Shown piece after piece: positions 1 to 11,600 of a stretch of DNA of 64,000 nt. The DNA comes from an uncultured Solirubrobacterales bacterium (lineage in GTDB: Bacteria > Actinomycetota > Thermoleophilia > Solirubrobacterales > Solirubrobacteraceae). A model generated the notes under the pieces. The model worked only from the letters and a program-made list of their open reading frames with translations, made no database searches and had not been told where the DNA came from. A program made the translations under genes and the position numbers. The stretch's first letter is position 1. Every line of letters begins with the position of its first letter. Where the stretch lies: assembly GCA_963815565.1 (NCBI GenBank), contig CAWFHB010000003.1, forward strand, positions 470,329 through 534,328, read 5' to 3'.

Positions 1-1
1 T

Positions 2-526
2 CGCGGACATCAGCAGGAACTGGGCGTTCGGCAGCATCAGCAGCGGGACCTGCCAGGCCCACCCGCGCTGGCCGTCGGCGTAGTAGTGGAACTCGTCCAT
101 GACGACCTGCCCGACGTCCGCCCCCGGCCCCTCGCGCAGCGCGATGTTGGCGAGCACCTCGGCGGTGCAGCAGATGATCGGCGCGTCCGGGTTCACCGAG
201 GCGTCGCCCGTGAGCATCCCGACGTTCTCGGCGCCGAAGTCCGCGCACAGGGCGAAGAACTTCTCGCTGACGAGCGCCTTGATCGGCGCGGTGTAGAACG
301 TCGTGCGGTCCTCGGCCAGAGCGGCGAAGTGCGCGGCCACGGCGACCAGCGACTTCCCCGATCCGGTGGGCGTCGCGAGCACGAGGTTGTTCCCGCTGAA
401 GAGCTCGATCGCCGCTTCCTCCTGATGGGCGTAGAGCGTCGTGCCGCGCTCCTCCGCCCAGCCGAGGAAGGCCTCGTAGAGCGCATCGGCGCCGGGGGTC
501 TTCGGGAGGGCGGCGAGGAGGCTCAT
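2..526 (-). CDS. DEAD/DEAH-box helicase (SF2, Ski2-like), N-terminal part; runs off the window start
   Basis: Manual translation from ATG 526: [38 protein letters not shown]...ATPTGSGKS (motif I)...[13 protein letters not shown]...VMDEFHY (motif II). Not in the ORF track. Confidence 0.9.
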   Translation of the reverse strand, partial: MSLLAALPKTPGADALYEAFLGWAEERGTTLYAHQEEAAIELFSGNNLVLATPTGSGKSLVAVAAHFAALAEDRTTFYTAPIKALVSEKFFALCADFGAENVGMLTGDASVNPDAPIICCTAEVLANIALREGPGADVGQVVMDEFHYYADGQRGWAWQVPLLMLPNAQFLLMSA

Positions 527-579
527 GCGCTCCCGCCACGCTACTCGCGGCGGGGACGCCTGCTACGACTCACGCGGAG

Positions 580-1332
580 ATGACGACCCTTGAGGCCATC
601 GCCGTGCTCGCCGCGGGCCTCGCCGCCGGGACGATCAACGGCGTCATCGGCTCGGGGACGCTCATCACCTTCCCGGTGCTGCTTGCGATCGGCTACCCGC
701 CGGTGGTCGCGAACGTGACGAACACCGTCGGCCTCGTCTCGGGCTCGGCCACCGCCGTCTACGGCTACCGCGCGCAGCTGCGGGGCCGCTGGCGTTGGGC
801 GCTCGGCTTTGCGGTGTTCAGCGCGGGCGGCGCGCTCGTCGGCTCGATCCTGCTGCTGACGCTCCCAGCGAGCGCGTTCCGGGTGATCGTGCCGGTGCTC
901 ATCGCGGTGGCGCTCGTGCTCGTCGTCTTCCAGCCGCGGATCGCGCGCGCGATCCTCGCCCGCCGGACCGAGGGCGCGCCGCCCGACGGGCGCGTGCTCC
1001 GCGGCGGGATCGGCCTCACCGGCGTCTACGGCGGCTACTTCGGCGCCGCGCAGGGCGTGCTGCTCTTCGCGCTCCTCGGGACGGCGCTCCCCGAGGACCT
1101 GCAACGGGTGAACGCGCTGCGCAACCTGCTGGCGGGCACGGCGAACGGGACGGCCGCGATCGTCTTCCTGCTCGTCGCCGACGTGCGTCCGCTCGCGGCG
1201 CTGCTCATCGCCGTGGGCGCGACGGGCGGGGGGTGGATCGGCGCACGCATCGGCCAGCGCCTCTCGCCGACCGTCCTGCGTGCCGTGGTCGTGCTCGTCG
1301 GGCTCGTCGCGATCGCGCAAGTCCTGCGCTGA
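580..1332 (+). CDS. Sulfite exporter TauE/SafE family membrane protein
   Basis: AGTINGVIGSGTLITFPVL and GVYGGYFGAAQG motifs; about 8 hydrophobic segments. Confidence 0.9.
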   Translation: MTTLEAIAVLAAGLAAGTINGVIGSGTLITFPVLLAIGYPPVVANVTNTVGLVSGSATAVYGYRAQLRGRWRWALGFAVFSAGGALVGSILLLTLPASAFRVIVPVLIAVALVLVVFQPRIARAILARRTEGAPPDGRVLRGGIGLTGVYGGYFGAAQGVLLFALLGTALPEDLQRVNALRNLLAGTANGTAAIVFLLVADVRPLAALLIAVGATGGGWIGARIGQRLSPTVLRAVVVLVGLVAIAQVLR

Positions 1333-1353
1333 TCGCGGACGTAGCCTGGTCCC

Positions 1354-2319
1354 ATGACGAAGATCACGAACGCGTTCGACGACACGACCCCGGCGCTCGA
1401 AGTCGTCGACGGGCTGGACCTGACGGGCCGCCGCGCGATCGTCACCGGCGGTGCGTCGGGGATCGGCGTCGAGACCGCCCGCGCCCTCGCCCACGCGGGC
1501 GCGCAGGTGACCCTCGCCGTCCGCGACCTCGAGGCCGGGGAGCGGACCGCCGCCGAGATCACCGCGTCGAGCGGGCGGGACGACGTCACGGTGGCGCAGC
1601 TCGACCTGGCCGACCTCGACTCGGTCGACGCCTTCGTGACCGGATGGACGGGAGCGCTGCACATCCTCGTGAACAACGCGGGCGTGATGGACACGCCGCA
1701 GGGCACGACGCGGCAGGGGTTCGAGCTGCAGTTCGGGACGAACCACCTCGGCCACTTCGCGCTCGCCGTCGGCCTCCACGACGCGCTGGCCGCCGCCGGT
1801 GACGCCCGGATCGTTTCGGTCTCCTCGAGTGCGCACGCCTCTGCCCCGATCGACTTCGACGACCTGTTCTTCGCGCGGCGCCCGTACGAGCCCGGCCTCG
1901 CCTACGGGCAGTCCAAGACGGCGAACGTGCTCTTCGCGGTCGAGGCCACCCGGCGCTGGGCGGGTGACGGCATCACCGCCAACGCGCTCATGCCCGGGGG
2001 GATCTGGACGCCGCTCCAGCGCCACTGGAGCGCGGCGAGGCGCGCGGCCGCCGAGGAGCAGGCCCGCGAGGCGCAGGCGGGGGGCGCGTTCCGGATGAAG
2101 TCGGTGGAGCAGGGCGCCGCGACCTCCGTCTTCCTCGCCGCCTCCCCGCAGGTTGAGGGCATCGGCGGCCGCTACTTCGAGGACTGCGGCGAGGCCGAGA
2201 CCGTCGAGGAGCTCACGGGGATGCACGGCGTGAAGCCGCACGCCTTGGATGCGGAGGCCGCGCGGCGCCTGTGGGACGTATCGGTCGCACTGCTCGAGAA
2301 GGCGCGTGCGGAGCACTGA
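1354..2319 (+). CDS. Short-chain dehydrogenase/reductase (retinol-dehydrogenase-like SDR)
   Basis: TGGASGIG, NNAG and YGQSK catalytic motif; TAGCCT -10 element 6 nt upstream of ATG. Confidence 0.93.
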   Translation: MTKITNAFDDTTPALEVVDGLDLTGRRAIVTGGASGIGVETARALAHAGAQVTLAVRDLEAGERTAAEITASSGRDDVTVAQLDLADLDSVDAFVTGWTGALHILVNNAGVMDTPQGTTRQGFELQFGTNHLGHFALAVGLHDALAAAGDARIVSVSSSAHASAPIDFDDLFFARRPYEPGLAYGQSKTANVLFAVEATRRWAGDGITANALMPGGIWTPLQRHWSAARRAAAEEQAREAQAGGAFRMKSVEQGAATSVFLAASPQVEGIGGRYFEDCGEAETVEELTGMHGVKPHALDAEAARRLWDVSVALLEKARAEH

Positions 2320-2345
2320 GTCGCCGCCCGTGGAAGACTCCTCAC

Positions 2346-4334
2346 ATGCCGAACACGCGTCCTGTTTCCGTCGCCGCGACCGTCGACGACCTCACCTCGG
2401 AGTGGTTCGCCGAGGTGCTCGGCCGGCCGGGCGCGCAAGTGGCCTCGATCGAGGCGATCGGCACCGGGCAGATGAGCCAGAACCACCGCGTCCGCTTCTC
2501 GGACGGGGCCCAGCCGGAGAGCGTCGTCGTCAAGGTCGCCTCGACCGACGAGAACAGCCGCGGGACCGGCGTCGGCATGGGCGCCTACCGCCGCGAGGTC
2601 GCCTTCTACGACCATCTGGCCGAGCGGATCGGGGCATCGCTCGCCGCCTGCCATCACGCCGCCTACGACGAGGCCGACGGCTGGTTCACGCTTGTGCTCG
2701 AGGACGTCGTCGGCGCCTCGCAGGGCGATCAGATCGCCGGCGCCACGATCGAGCAGGCGCGCGCCGCCGTCCGCTCGCTGGCCCGCATCCAGGCGCCCGT
2801 GATCGGCGATCTGCACGTCGGAACCGAGTCGTTCCTCAACCTCCCGAACCCGTTGGACCAGGCGCTCACGACCGCGCTGCTGCCCGGCTTCCTCGAGCGT
2901 TACGGCGACCGGGTCGCGCCCGAGCACGCCGAGGTCTGCCGCACGTTCGTGCAGTCCATCGACGCCTGGGCGGCCGACCGGCGCCCGCCGCTCGGCCTCG
3001 TCCACGGCGACTACCGGCTCGACAACCTGCTCTTCGAGGAGGGCAAGGACGACTGCCGCGTCGTCGACTGGCAGACCGTCTCCTGGGGGCCGGCGCTCTA
3101 CGACCTCTCCTACTTCGTGGGCAGCTCGTTCTCCCCGGAGGATCGCCGCGCGCACGAGGAGGAGCTCGTCCGCCTGTGGCACGACGAGCTCGTCGCCGCC
3201 GGGGTCCGCTCGGTGTCCTACGAGCTCGCCTGGGAGGAGTACCGCCGCCAGTGCTTCGGCGGGATCTTGATGGCGATCGTGGCCTCGATGGTCGTCGAGC
3301 GCACCGAGCGCGGCGATGAGATGTTCATGGTCGTCCTCGCCCGACACGCCCAGCAGGCGCTCGATCTCGACGCCCTCGCGCTGCTTCCCGATCCCTCGGC
3401 CAAGCCGACCGCCCTGCGCCCCGATCCGCAGGATGAAGGGCGGCACGAGCCGGGTCCCGAGGACACCTGGAACGAGAGCTGGTACTTCGACGCCGTCAGC
3501 GACGACGGCACGATCGGTGTCTACCACCGCCTCGGCCGCCAGCCGAACCGCGACTCCGCGATGCTCTCCACCTGCATCACCGGGCCGGACCGCCCCTCGA
3601 TCATGCTCGTCGACGCCGCCGCACCGCTTCCCGCGGCCGACGACGACATCCAGCTGATCGCCGCCCGAGACCTCCGGGTGGAGCAGCACTGCGAGGTTCC
3701 GCTGGAGCGCTTCCGGGTGACCGTGAGCGGTACCGCCGCGGCGCACCAGGACGGCTCCGCGCCGCTCCGTGACGAGGCCGGCGAGCCCGTGGCGATCGCG
3801 CTCGATCTCGTGTGGGAGACCACGGGCGTTCCCTACCAGTGGCGCGCCTCCACCCGGTACGAGATCCCCTGCCGGGTGACCGGGACGCTCCGCGTCGGGG
3901 ACGAGGAGATCACCTTCGCGGGCCCGGGTCAGCGCGACCACTCCTGGGGCGCGCGCGACTGGTTCGCGACCGACTGGATGTGGAGCGGCCTCCACCTCGA
4001 GGACGGCACGCACACCCACGCCGTCGGGGTCCCGGCGATGCCCGGCTACGGCGTCGGCTACGTCCAGAAGGACGGCGAGGTCACCGAGCTCACTTCCCTC
4101 CACGCCACCGAGGAGGTGGCCGAGAACGGGCTCATCACCTCGGCGAAGCTCGTCAGCGAGCCCGGTCCGCTCGAGCTCACGGTCGAGCCCGTCGCCTTCG
4201 GCGCGATCCGCCTCGAGGCGCCGGACGGCCGCGTCGCCCACTTCCCGCGGGCCATGTGCCGCATTACGGCCGCGGACGGCCGCACGGGCTGCGGCTGGGT
4301 GGAGTGGAACCGGAACCAGGGGAAGCCCGCCTGA
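2346..4334 (+). CDS. APH/choline-kinase-like (ecdysteroid-kinase-like) phosphotransferase fused to a C-terminal beta-rich domain (tocopherol-cyclase/AttH-like)
   Basis: HGDYRLDNLLF and VVDWQ kinase motifs in the N-half; WNESWYFD...GQRDHSWGARDW...GWVEWN in the C-half; ATG 2346 in frame with the 2271 ORF. Confidence 0.8.
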   Translation: MPNTRPVSVAATVDDLTSEWFAEVLGRPGAQVASIEAIGTGQMSQNHRVRFSDGAQPESVVVKVASTDENSRGTGVGMGAYRREVAFYDHLAERIGASLAACHHAAYDEADGWFTLVLEDVVGASQGDQIAGATIEQARAAVRSLARIQAPVIGDLHVGTESFLNLPNPLDQALTTALLPGFLERYGDRVAPEHAEVCRTFVQSIDAWAADRRPPLGLVHGDYRLDNLLFEEGKDDCRVVDWQTVSWGPALYDLSYFVGSSFSPEDRRAHEEELVRLWHDELVAAGVRSVSYELAWEEYRRQCFGGILMAIVASMVVERTERGDEMFMVVLARHAQQALDLDALALLPDPSAKPTALRPDPQDEGRHEPGPEDTWNESWYFDAVSDDGTIGVYHRLGRQPNRDSAMLSTCITGPDRPSIMLVDAAAPLPAADDDIQLIAARDLRVEQHCEVPLERFRVTVSGTAAAHQDGSAPLRDEAGEPVAIALDLVWETTGVPYQWRASTRYEIPCRVTGTLRVGDEEITFAGPGQRDHSWGARDWFATDWMWSGLHLEDGTHTHAVGVPAMPGYGVGYVQKDGEVTELTSLHATEEVAENGLITSAKLVSEPGPLELTVEPVAFGAIRLEAPDGRVAHFPRAMCRITAADGRTGCGWVEWNRNQGKPA

Positions 4335-4383
4335 GTCGTCGCTCGCTGGCATCACGAGCGCGCATCAGGGAGGCTCGCTCGTG

Positions 4384-5097
4384 ATGCCCGACATCCGGCC
4401 CCAGGTCTACCGCGACGAGCGCCCCGCCGAAGCGATGGCGCCGTTCCACGCGCACGCGCGCACGCACGACCCGGGCTGGACCTACACGGCGGTCCGCGTC
4501 GTCGCGACCCCCGTCGCGCTCGGGCTCTACCGGATGCACGCCGACGGCCTCGAGCACGTCCCCGCCGAAGGCCCGGTGATCCTCGCCCCGAATCACTTCT
4601 CGAACATGGACCACTTCTTCGTCGGCGCCCGGCTCCGCCGCGAGATCCGCTTCATGTCGAAGTCCGACTTCTTCGGGAAGAACCCGGGGCTCTCGTATCT
4701 CTTCCAGAACGCCGGGCATTTTCCCGTGCGCCGCGGGCACCAGGACGAGGAGGCGTTCACGACCGCGCGGATGCTGCTCTCCGACGGCGGCTGCGTCGGC
4801 ATGTACGCGGAGGGCGGGCGTTCGCGCTCGGGCGGGCTCGGCGAGCCCCGCTCGGGCATCGGCCGCCTCGCGCTGCAGTCCGGCGCCCCGGTCGTCCCCG
4901 CCGCGATCCACGGCTCGCTCGCCGTACGCGGTTGGCGCCGTGGTCGTTTTCCGCAGATCCGGGTGAGCTACGGCACCCCGCTCACGCTGGAGCGGGTCGA
5001 GGAGCCGACCCGGGAGGAGTCCACCGCGGCCGCCCACACGATCTTCGACCGGGTGCGCGAGCTGTACACGGCGTTGGAGGCAGGCGCCGGAAGCTGA
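4384..5097 (+). CDS. 1-acyl-sn-glycerol-3-phosphate acyltransferase (PlsC family)
   Basis: NHFSNMD (HX4D), FPVRRG and YAEGGRS motifs. Confidence 0.88.
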   Translation: MPDIRPQVYRDERPAEAMAPFHAHARTHDPGWTYTAVRVVATPVALGLYRMHADGLEHVPAEGPVILAPNHFSNMDHFFVGARLRREIRFMSKSDFFGKNPGLSYLFQNAGHFPVRRGHQDEEAFTTARMLLSDGGCVGMYAEGGRSRSGGLGEPRSGIGRLALQSGAPVVPAAIHGSLAVRGWRRGRFPQIRVSYGTPLTLERVEEPTREESTAAAHTIFDRVRELYTALEAGAGS

Positions 5098-5133
5098 CGC
5101 GGAGCGACCCGGACCGGGGGTGATACTCGACGG

Positions 5134-6222
5134 GTGCGCGACCAGGCGACCTCCACCCGGCCCCCGAGCGACACGATGGACTGCGATGTCGCGGTCGTCG
5201 GCGCCGGGATCAGCGGGCTCGTGGCCGCCCGACGGCTTGCGGCCGCCGGCCTGCAGGTCGTCGTGCTCGAGGCAGCGGAGGCCGTCGGCGGCCGGGCACG
5301 TAGCTTGCGGCCGCCCGGCGGCACCGGCCGTGTCGACCTCGGCGCGAGCTGGCTCTGGCCGGGGCAGGCCGAGCTCCTCGATCTGCTCGCCGAGCTGGGA
5401 ATCGGCATGCACGCGCAGTACGAGCAGGGCGACGCGTTGCTCGACCACGACCCCCACCTGCCGCCCCACTCGCTCGGACCGAACGGGGCCGGTTCCCTGC
5501 GCATGGTCGGCGGCAGCCAGACGCTGGCCGAGCAGCTCGCCGCCACGACGGACGCCACGGTCCGCCTGGGCCAGGGCGTCACCGCCGTCGACTTCGACCA
5601 GGCCACCGCGCGGCTGACGGTGGCCGATGCACCCGACGTGCTCGCCCGCCGGGTCGTCCTCGCCGTGCCGCCCGTCGCGTGTGCGCGCCTCGGGCTCGAT
5701 CTCGCCCCCGAGCTCCAGGCGCTCCTCGCCCGGACCCCGACCTGGATGCACGGGACCTTCAAGGTCCACGCCGGGTACTCCGAGCCGTTCTGGCGCGTGG
5801 CCGGCGCCTCGGGGCTCGCGCTCAGCCACGTCGGACCGCTCCGGGAGATCCACGACGCGGTGCTCCCCGACGGCAGCGCCGTGCTCATGGGCATGACCCC
5901 GGGTGCCCCGTGGGAGCTGCTGGAGCTCCCGGCGCCCGCCCGCCGGGACGCGGTCCTCAGGCAGCTCGCACGCGTTCACGGCGGGGCCGCGCTGGCGCCG
6001 GACTGGTACCACGAGGACGCCTGGACCGAGCCGCGGAACGCCCCGCTCGAGGCTGGGAACGCCGCGCCGTACGGACACCCGGCCCTCGCCGCCGGCCTCC
6101 ACGACGGGCGCCTCTGGCTCGCCGGGGCGGAGACATCCCCCGTGAGCGGCGGACAGATGCACGGAGCGCTCCTCGCCGGCGAACGGGCCGCACGAGGAAT
6201 TCTTGACTCATTCAAGTCTTGA
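5134..6222 (+). CDS. Flavin monoamine oxidase family FAD-dependent oxidoreductase
   Basis: VVGAGISGL...LEAAEAVGGR, DLGASW, LAGAET...GQMHGALLAGERAA. Confidence 0.88.
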   Translation: MRDQATSTRPPSDTMDCDVAVVGAGISGLVAARRLAAAGLQVVVLEAAEAVGGRARSLRPPGGTGRVDLGASWLWPGQAELLDLLAELGIGMHAQYEQGDALLDHDPHLPPHSLGPNGAGSLRMVGGSQTLAEQLAATTDATVRLGQGVTAVDFDQATARLTVADAPDVLARRVVLAVPPVACARLGLDLAPELQALLARTPTWMHGTFKVHAGYSEPFWRVAGASGLALSHVGPLREIHDAVLPDGSAVLMGMTPGAPWELLELPAPARRDAVLRQLARVHGGAALAPDWYHEDAWTEPRNAPLEAGNAAPYGHPALAAGLHDGRLWLAGAETSPVSGGQMHGALLAGERAARGILDSFKS

Positions 6223-6232
6223 GCGGTAGGCT
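6202..6232 (+). promoter_or_regulatory. furA promoter with FurA-box-like inverted repeat
   Basis: CTTGA-ctcat-TCAAG inverted repeat (6202-6216) overlapping TTGACT (-35, 6203-6208); TAGGCT (-10, 6227-6232) lies 7 nt before GTG 6240; resembles the mycobacterial furA operator region as I recall it. Confidence 0.7.
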
Positions 6233-6239
6233 GGACGCA

Positions 6240-6677
6240 GTGCCGGTGACCGACGATCTTGAAGCGCAGCTGCGCGGAGCCTCCCTCCGCGTGACCCGCC
6301 CCCGGATCGCCGTTCTCGCCGCCGTGCACGACCACCCGCACGGCGACACCGGCTCGATCCTCGAGCGCGTCCGCGCCGAACTCGGTGAGGTCTCCCACCA
6401 GGCCGTCTACGACGTGCTGGCTGCGCTCACCACCGCACGCCTGCTGCGCCGCATCCAGCCCCCGGGCTCCGTCGCGCTGTACGAGCCGTTCCGCGGCGAC
6501 AACCACCACCACGTGGTCTGCCGCTCCTGCGGACGGGTCGCCGATGTCGCGTGCGCCACCGGCGCCGCGCCGTGTTTGCACGCCTCGGAGGACCACGGCT
6601 TCGCGATCGACGAGGCCGAGGTCGTCTACCGCGGCCTCTGCCCCGCGTGCTCCCCTTCTTCACCGCCCACCGCCTGA
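6240..6677 (+). CDS. furA: Fur-family transcriptional regulator FurA
   Basis: LRVTRPRIAVL, VSHQAVYDVL, DNHHHVVCRSC and CPAC Zn motifs; immediately upstream of katG. Confidence 0.93.
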   Translation: MPVTDDLEAQLRGASLRVTRPRIAVLAAVHDHPHGDTGSILERVRAELGEVSHQAVYDVLAALTTARLLRRIQPPGSVALYEPFRGDNHHHVVCRSCGRVADVACATGAAPCLHASEDHGFAIDEAEVVYRGLCPACSPSSPPTA

Positions 6678-8936
<2,259 letters not shown>

Positions 8937-8942
8937 TGCGCC

Positions 8943-8971
8943 GGGTCCGGGGCGCGGGTCGCCCCGGACCC
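8943..8971 (+). terminator. Intrinsic terminator-like hairpin after katG
   Basis: Perfect 12-bp stem GGGTCCGGGGCG / CGCCCCGGACCC with 5-nt loop. Confidence 0.7.
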
Positions 8972-8978
8972 ACCTGAC

Positions 8979-9506
8979 GTGTCCTCAGCGCCGGAGCCGG
9001 CGGCCGGGCCGGGTTCCTCGCGGGCCACGGGCCTGGGGCCGAACCTCCCCTTTCGCCTCGTGGTGTCCGGGATCTGGACCGTGTTCGCGCTGCTGCTCCT
9101 CGGCGTCGATCCGTTCTCGTCCCGGGGCGTGGTCCGGGACGTCCCGTTCCTGCTCGCCACCTACGTGCTCCTGCGGGTGTGGACGACGCGGGTGTGGGTC
9201 GAGCCGGCGGCCGGGCCCGACCCCGCCCGGCTCGTGCACCGCCGGCTCGGGCGTTCGCACTCGGCGCCGCTCCACCCGCCGAACTCGCTGCGGGTCCGCG
9301 CCCCGGCCCCGTTCGGTCCGCGTCCCGAGTGGAGCATCCGGGTGCTCACCCCGGACGGTCTCGGGGTCAAGGTCGCGACGCCGTGGATGACGGACCTTCC
9401 TGCGCTGCGTGCCCGGCTACGCCCGATCGTCGCGGAGCACCCGACGCTGGCCACCGGCGAGCGCGCCCGAGCCTTCTTCGCCCCTCCCCGGGGGCGCCCC
9501 GACTAG
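8979..9506 (+). CDS. Hypothetical membrane protein (2 TM plus a possible PH-like soluble domain)
   Basis: Two hydrophobic segments then a beta-rich region; fills the gap between katG terminator and the convergent gene. Confidence 0.55.
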   Translation: MSSAPEPAAGPGSSRATGLGPNLPFRLVVSGIWTVFALLLLGVDPFSSRGVVRDVPFLLATYVLLRVWTTRVWVEPAAGPDPARLVHRRLGRSHSAPLHPPNSLRVRAPAPFGPRPEWSIRVLTPDGLGVKVATPWMTDLPALRARLRPIVAEHPTLATGERARAFFAPPRGRPD

Positions 9507-9509
9507 GGC

Positions 9510-10379
9510 TCAGAGCTGCGGTGCCTCGGGCCCGGCGACCACGTCCTGCCAGAGCACGGAGGCGCCGAGCTCGTCCTCTCTGCCGTCGGCGACGGCGGCG
9601 GTCACCACGTCCGGGCTCCCGGCGGCCTCGTCGTAGAGCACCACCACCGAGGTGTCGCCGGGGTGCAGGTAGGTCGAGGCGCCGAGGTCGGTGTACCGCG
9701 TGGCCCCGATGCCGACGATGGCCTCGGCTGGGCTTCCGGCCCCGCGCAGGAGCGCGCCGACGTCCTCGAGCGGCGTCCCGTCGGCGCCGCGCTGCTCGCG
9801 GAGCCGCTCGACGATCCAGTCGAGCAGCCGGATCCCGTAATAGGAATAGCCGAGCACCGGGCTGTCGATCCCGTAGGCGTGCGTCTCGGCGCCCCGCCGC
9901 AGGAAGCAGGCGAGGCGCAGTGTCGCGGTGTCCGCCTCGAGGTCCTCGACCGCGAACGCCCGCGTGGCGAGCCCCTTGGAGGCCGCTCCCCAGTTCTTCT
10001 TGTGGCTGATCTTCGCGGCGCCCTCCCGCCGGATGGAGCAGTCGTTGAAGGCGGCGACCGCGCGTGGACGCAGCCCGGAGACCTGGCCGTCCGCGTCGTA
10101 CTCGACGCCGCAGAGCAGGCCGAGCTCCGGTTCGATCTGCAGGTGCACCGCGCCGTCGGAGGCGGGCTTCTCGAGCCGCTCACTCGCGATCGGGAACGTC
10201 TCGAGGAACGTGCCCGAGCCCGGCGCGTAGAACGGGAAGATGCCCTTCGGCGCCTGCGCCTCGGCTTCGACCCCGGTGAAGTCGCCCGCCTCCCCCGCCT
10301 GTTCGAGGTGGCCGGCGAAGTTCCCGGCCACACCGAAGCCGAAGGACTGACGGAGGGTGTCGAGGTCGAGCGTGATCAC
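9510..10379 (-). CDS. DUF5718-family protein
   Basis: FGFGVAGNFAGHLEQAGEA...APKGIFPFY, QIEPE, AFNDCSIRR...KISHKKNWG signature recognised from memory; TAGGCT 6 nt upstream of GTG. Confidence 0.75.
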   Translation of the reverse strand: MITLDLDTLRQSFGFGVAGNFAGHLEQAGEAGDFTGVEAEAQAPKGIFPFYAPGSGTFLETFPIASERLEKPASDGAVHLQIEPELGLLCGVEYDADGQVSGLRPRAVAAFNDCSIRREGAAKISHKKNWGAASKGLATRAFAVEDLEADTATLRLACFLRRGAETHAYGIDSPVLGYSYYGIRLLDWIVERLREQRGADGTPLEDVGALLRGAGSPAEAIVGIGATRYTDLGASTYLHPGDTSVVVLYDEAAGSPDVVTAAVADGREDELGASVLWQDVVAGPEAPQL

Positions 10380-10529
10380 GCGCAGAGCCTAGGCCGGGTG
10401 CACTCCTTCGCGGGCTAGGCCGACCGCAGGACGAACCTGCAGCGCCGGCGCTCGCGCGGCCACCGTCGCCCACGTAGCCGTCCAACTCCAGGTCGGCGAC
10501 CGTCCAGGCGAAGCGGCCCCCGAGTGCTC

Positions 10530-10796
10530 TCAGAGGACGATGCGGCCGGTGGTCGCGGTGGCGATCAGCTTCCCCGTCGCCTCCACCGTGAGCCGCCCCT
10601 CGGCCGTGGCCTGCCGACGGCCGGCGTGCACCACCGTCCCCTCCGCGAGCACGCGTCCGGTGGCGAGGGGCACGGCCCGCAGGTGGCGGACCTGGAGGTC
10701 GCTCGTGGTGTCGCAGCTCCTCGCGGGCAGGACGGTGTGGACCGCGCAGCCCATGCACGAGTCGAGGATCGTCGCGGCGACACCGCCGTGAAGGCA
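10530..10796 (-). pseudogene. PaaI-family thioesterase C-terminal fragment
   Basis: CLHGGVAATILDSCMGCAVHT...DLQVRHLRAV...AEGTVVHAGRRQATAEGRL...KLIATATT; N-terminus missing. Confidence 0.75.
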
Positions 10797-11040
10797 ACCG
10801 CGGCGAGCAGGTCGAGGCGCCGAGCGCCGGTCTCCGCGCGTTCCACGAGCTGCCGCGCGCCGTACGCGAGCCCGGCCAGCCCGACCGGGACGTTCACGAA
10901 GAAGACCAGTCGCCAGTCGAGCTCCACGAGCAGGCCCCCGAGCGGCGGGCCGGCCGCCGCCGCCGCAACCCCATCGGCGGTTCTCCGATCCTCGTCACCC
11001 ACCGCGACTGCGGCGGCGCGATGGACGACCATCGGATCTG
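10790..11040 (-). pseudogene. DHA2 (EmrB/QacA) MFS transporter internal fragment
   Basis: AAAAGPPLGGLLVELDWRLVFFVNVPVG is the DHA2 motif-C region; no start and no rest of the transporter; boundaries approximate. Confidence 0.7.
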
Positions 11041-11109
11041 CGCTCGCTGCGGAGAACGCCTCGGCCCGCGGGACGTCCGGGCCGCCCCGGCGGCTCCGTA
11101 GCCGCCCGG

Positions 11110-11529
11110 TCAGGCGCGTTCGAGGACGACGACCGGGATCTCCCGGTCGGTCTTCTCCTGGTAGGCGTCGTAGTCGGGCCAGGCCTCGACCATCTCGGCC
11201 CAGAGCGTCGGCTTCTCCTCCGGCGTCGCGACGCGGGCCCGCACGGGGAACCGGTCGCCCTTGATCTGGACCTCGATCGCCGGCTCGTCCCGGAGGTTCA
11301 GGAACCATGCGGGCGGCCGGTCGTCGCCACCGCGGGAGGCCACGACGGTGTAGGCGTCGCCGTAGGGCCGGAAGATCAGGGCGTTGATGCGCTCCTCGCC
11401 GCTCCTCCTGCCGGTCGTGATGAGCAGCAGCACCGTCGAGTCGTTTCGCCAGCGGTAGCCGTCCTCGCCGTCGGTCTCGAGGTACCGCTCCACGTGCTCG
11501 GGGCCGTGCAGGTCGATCGCGGACGTCAT
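11110..11529 (-). CDS. F420H2-dependent nitroreductase family (Ddn-like)
   Basis: LLLITTGRRSGEER...VASRGGDDRPPAWFLNL...YQEKTDREIPVVVLE; TAGCAT 6 nt upstream of ATG. Confidence 0.92.
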   Translation of the reverse strand: MTSAIDLHGPEHVERYLETDGEDGYRWRNDSTVLLLITTGRRSGEERINALIFRPYGDAYTVVASRGGDDRPPAWFLNLRDEPAIEVQIKGDRFPVRARVATPEEKPTLWAEMVEAWPDYDAYQEKTDREIPVVVLERA

Positions 11530-11600
11530 GGAGAGATGCTAGACGGCGGCGCGCCACGCTTCCACCGGGCGGCCGCGCGAGCGCGCCTAGGCTGGACCCC

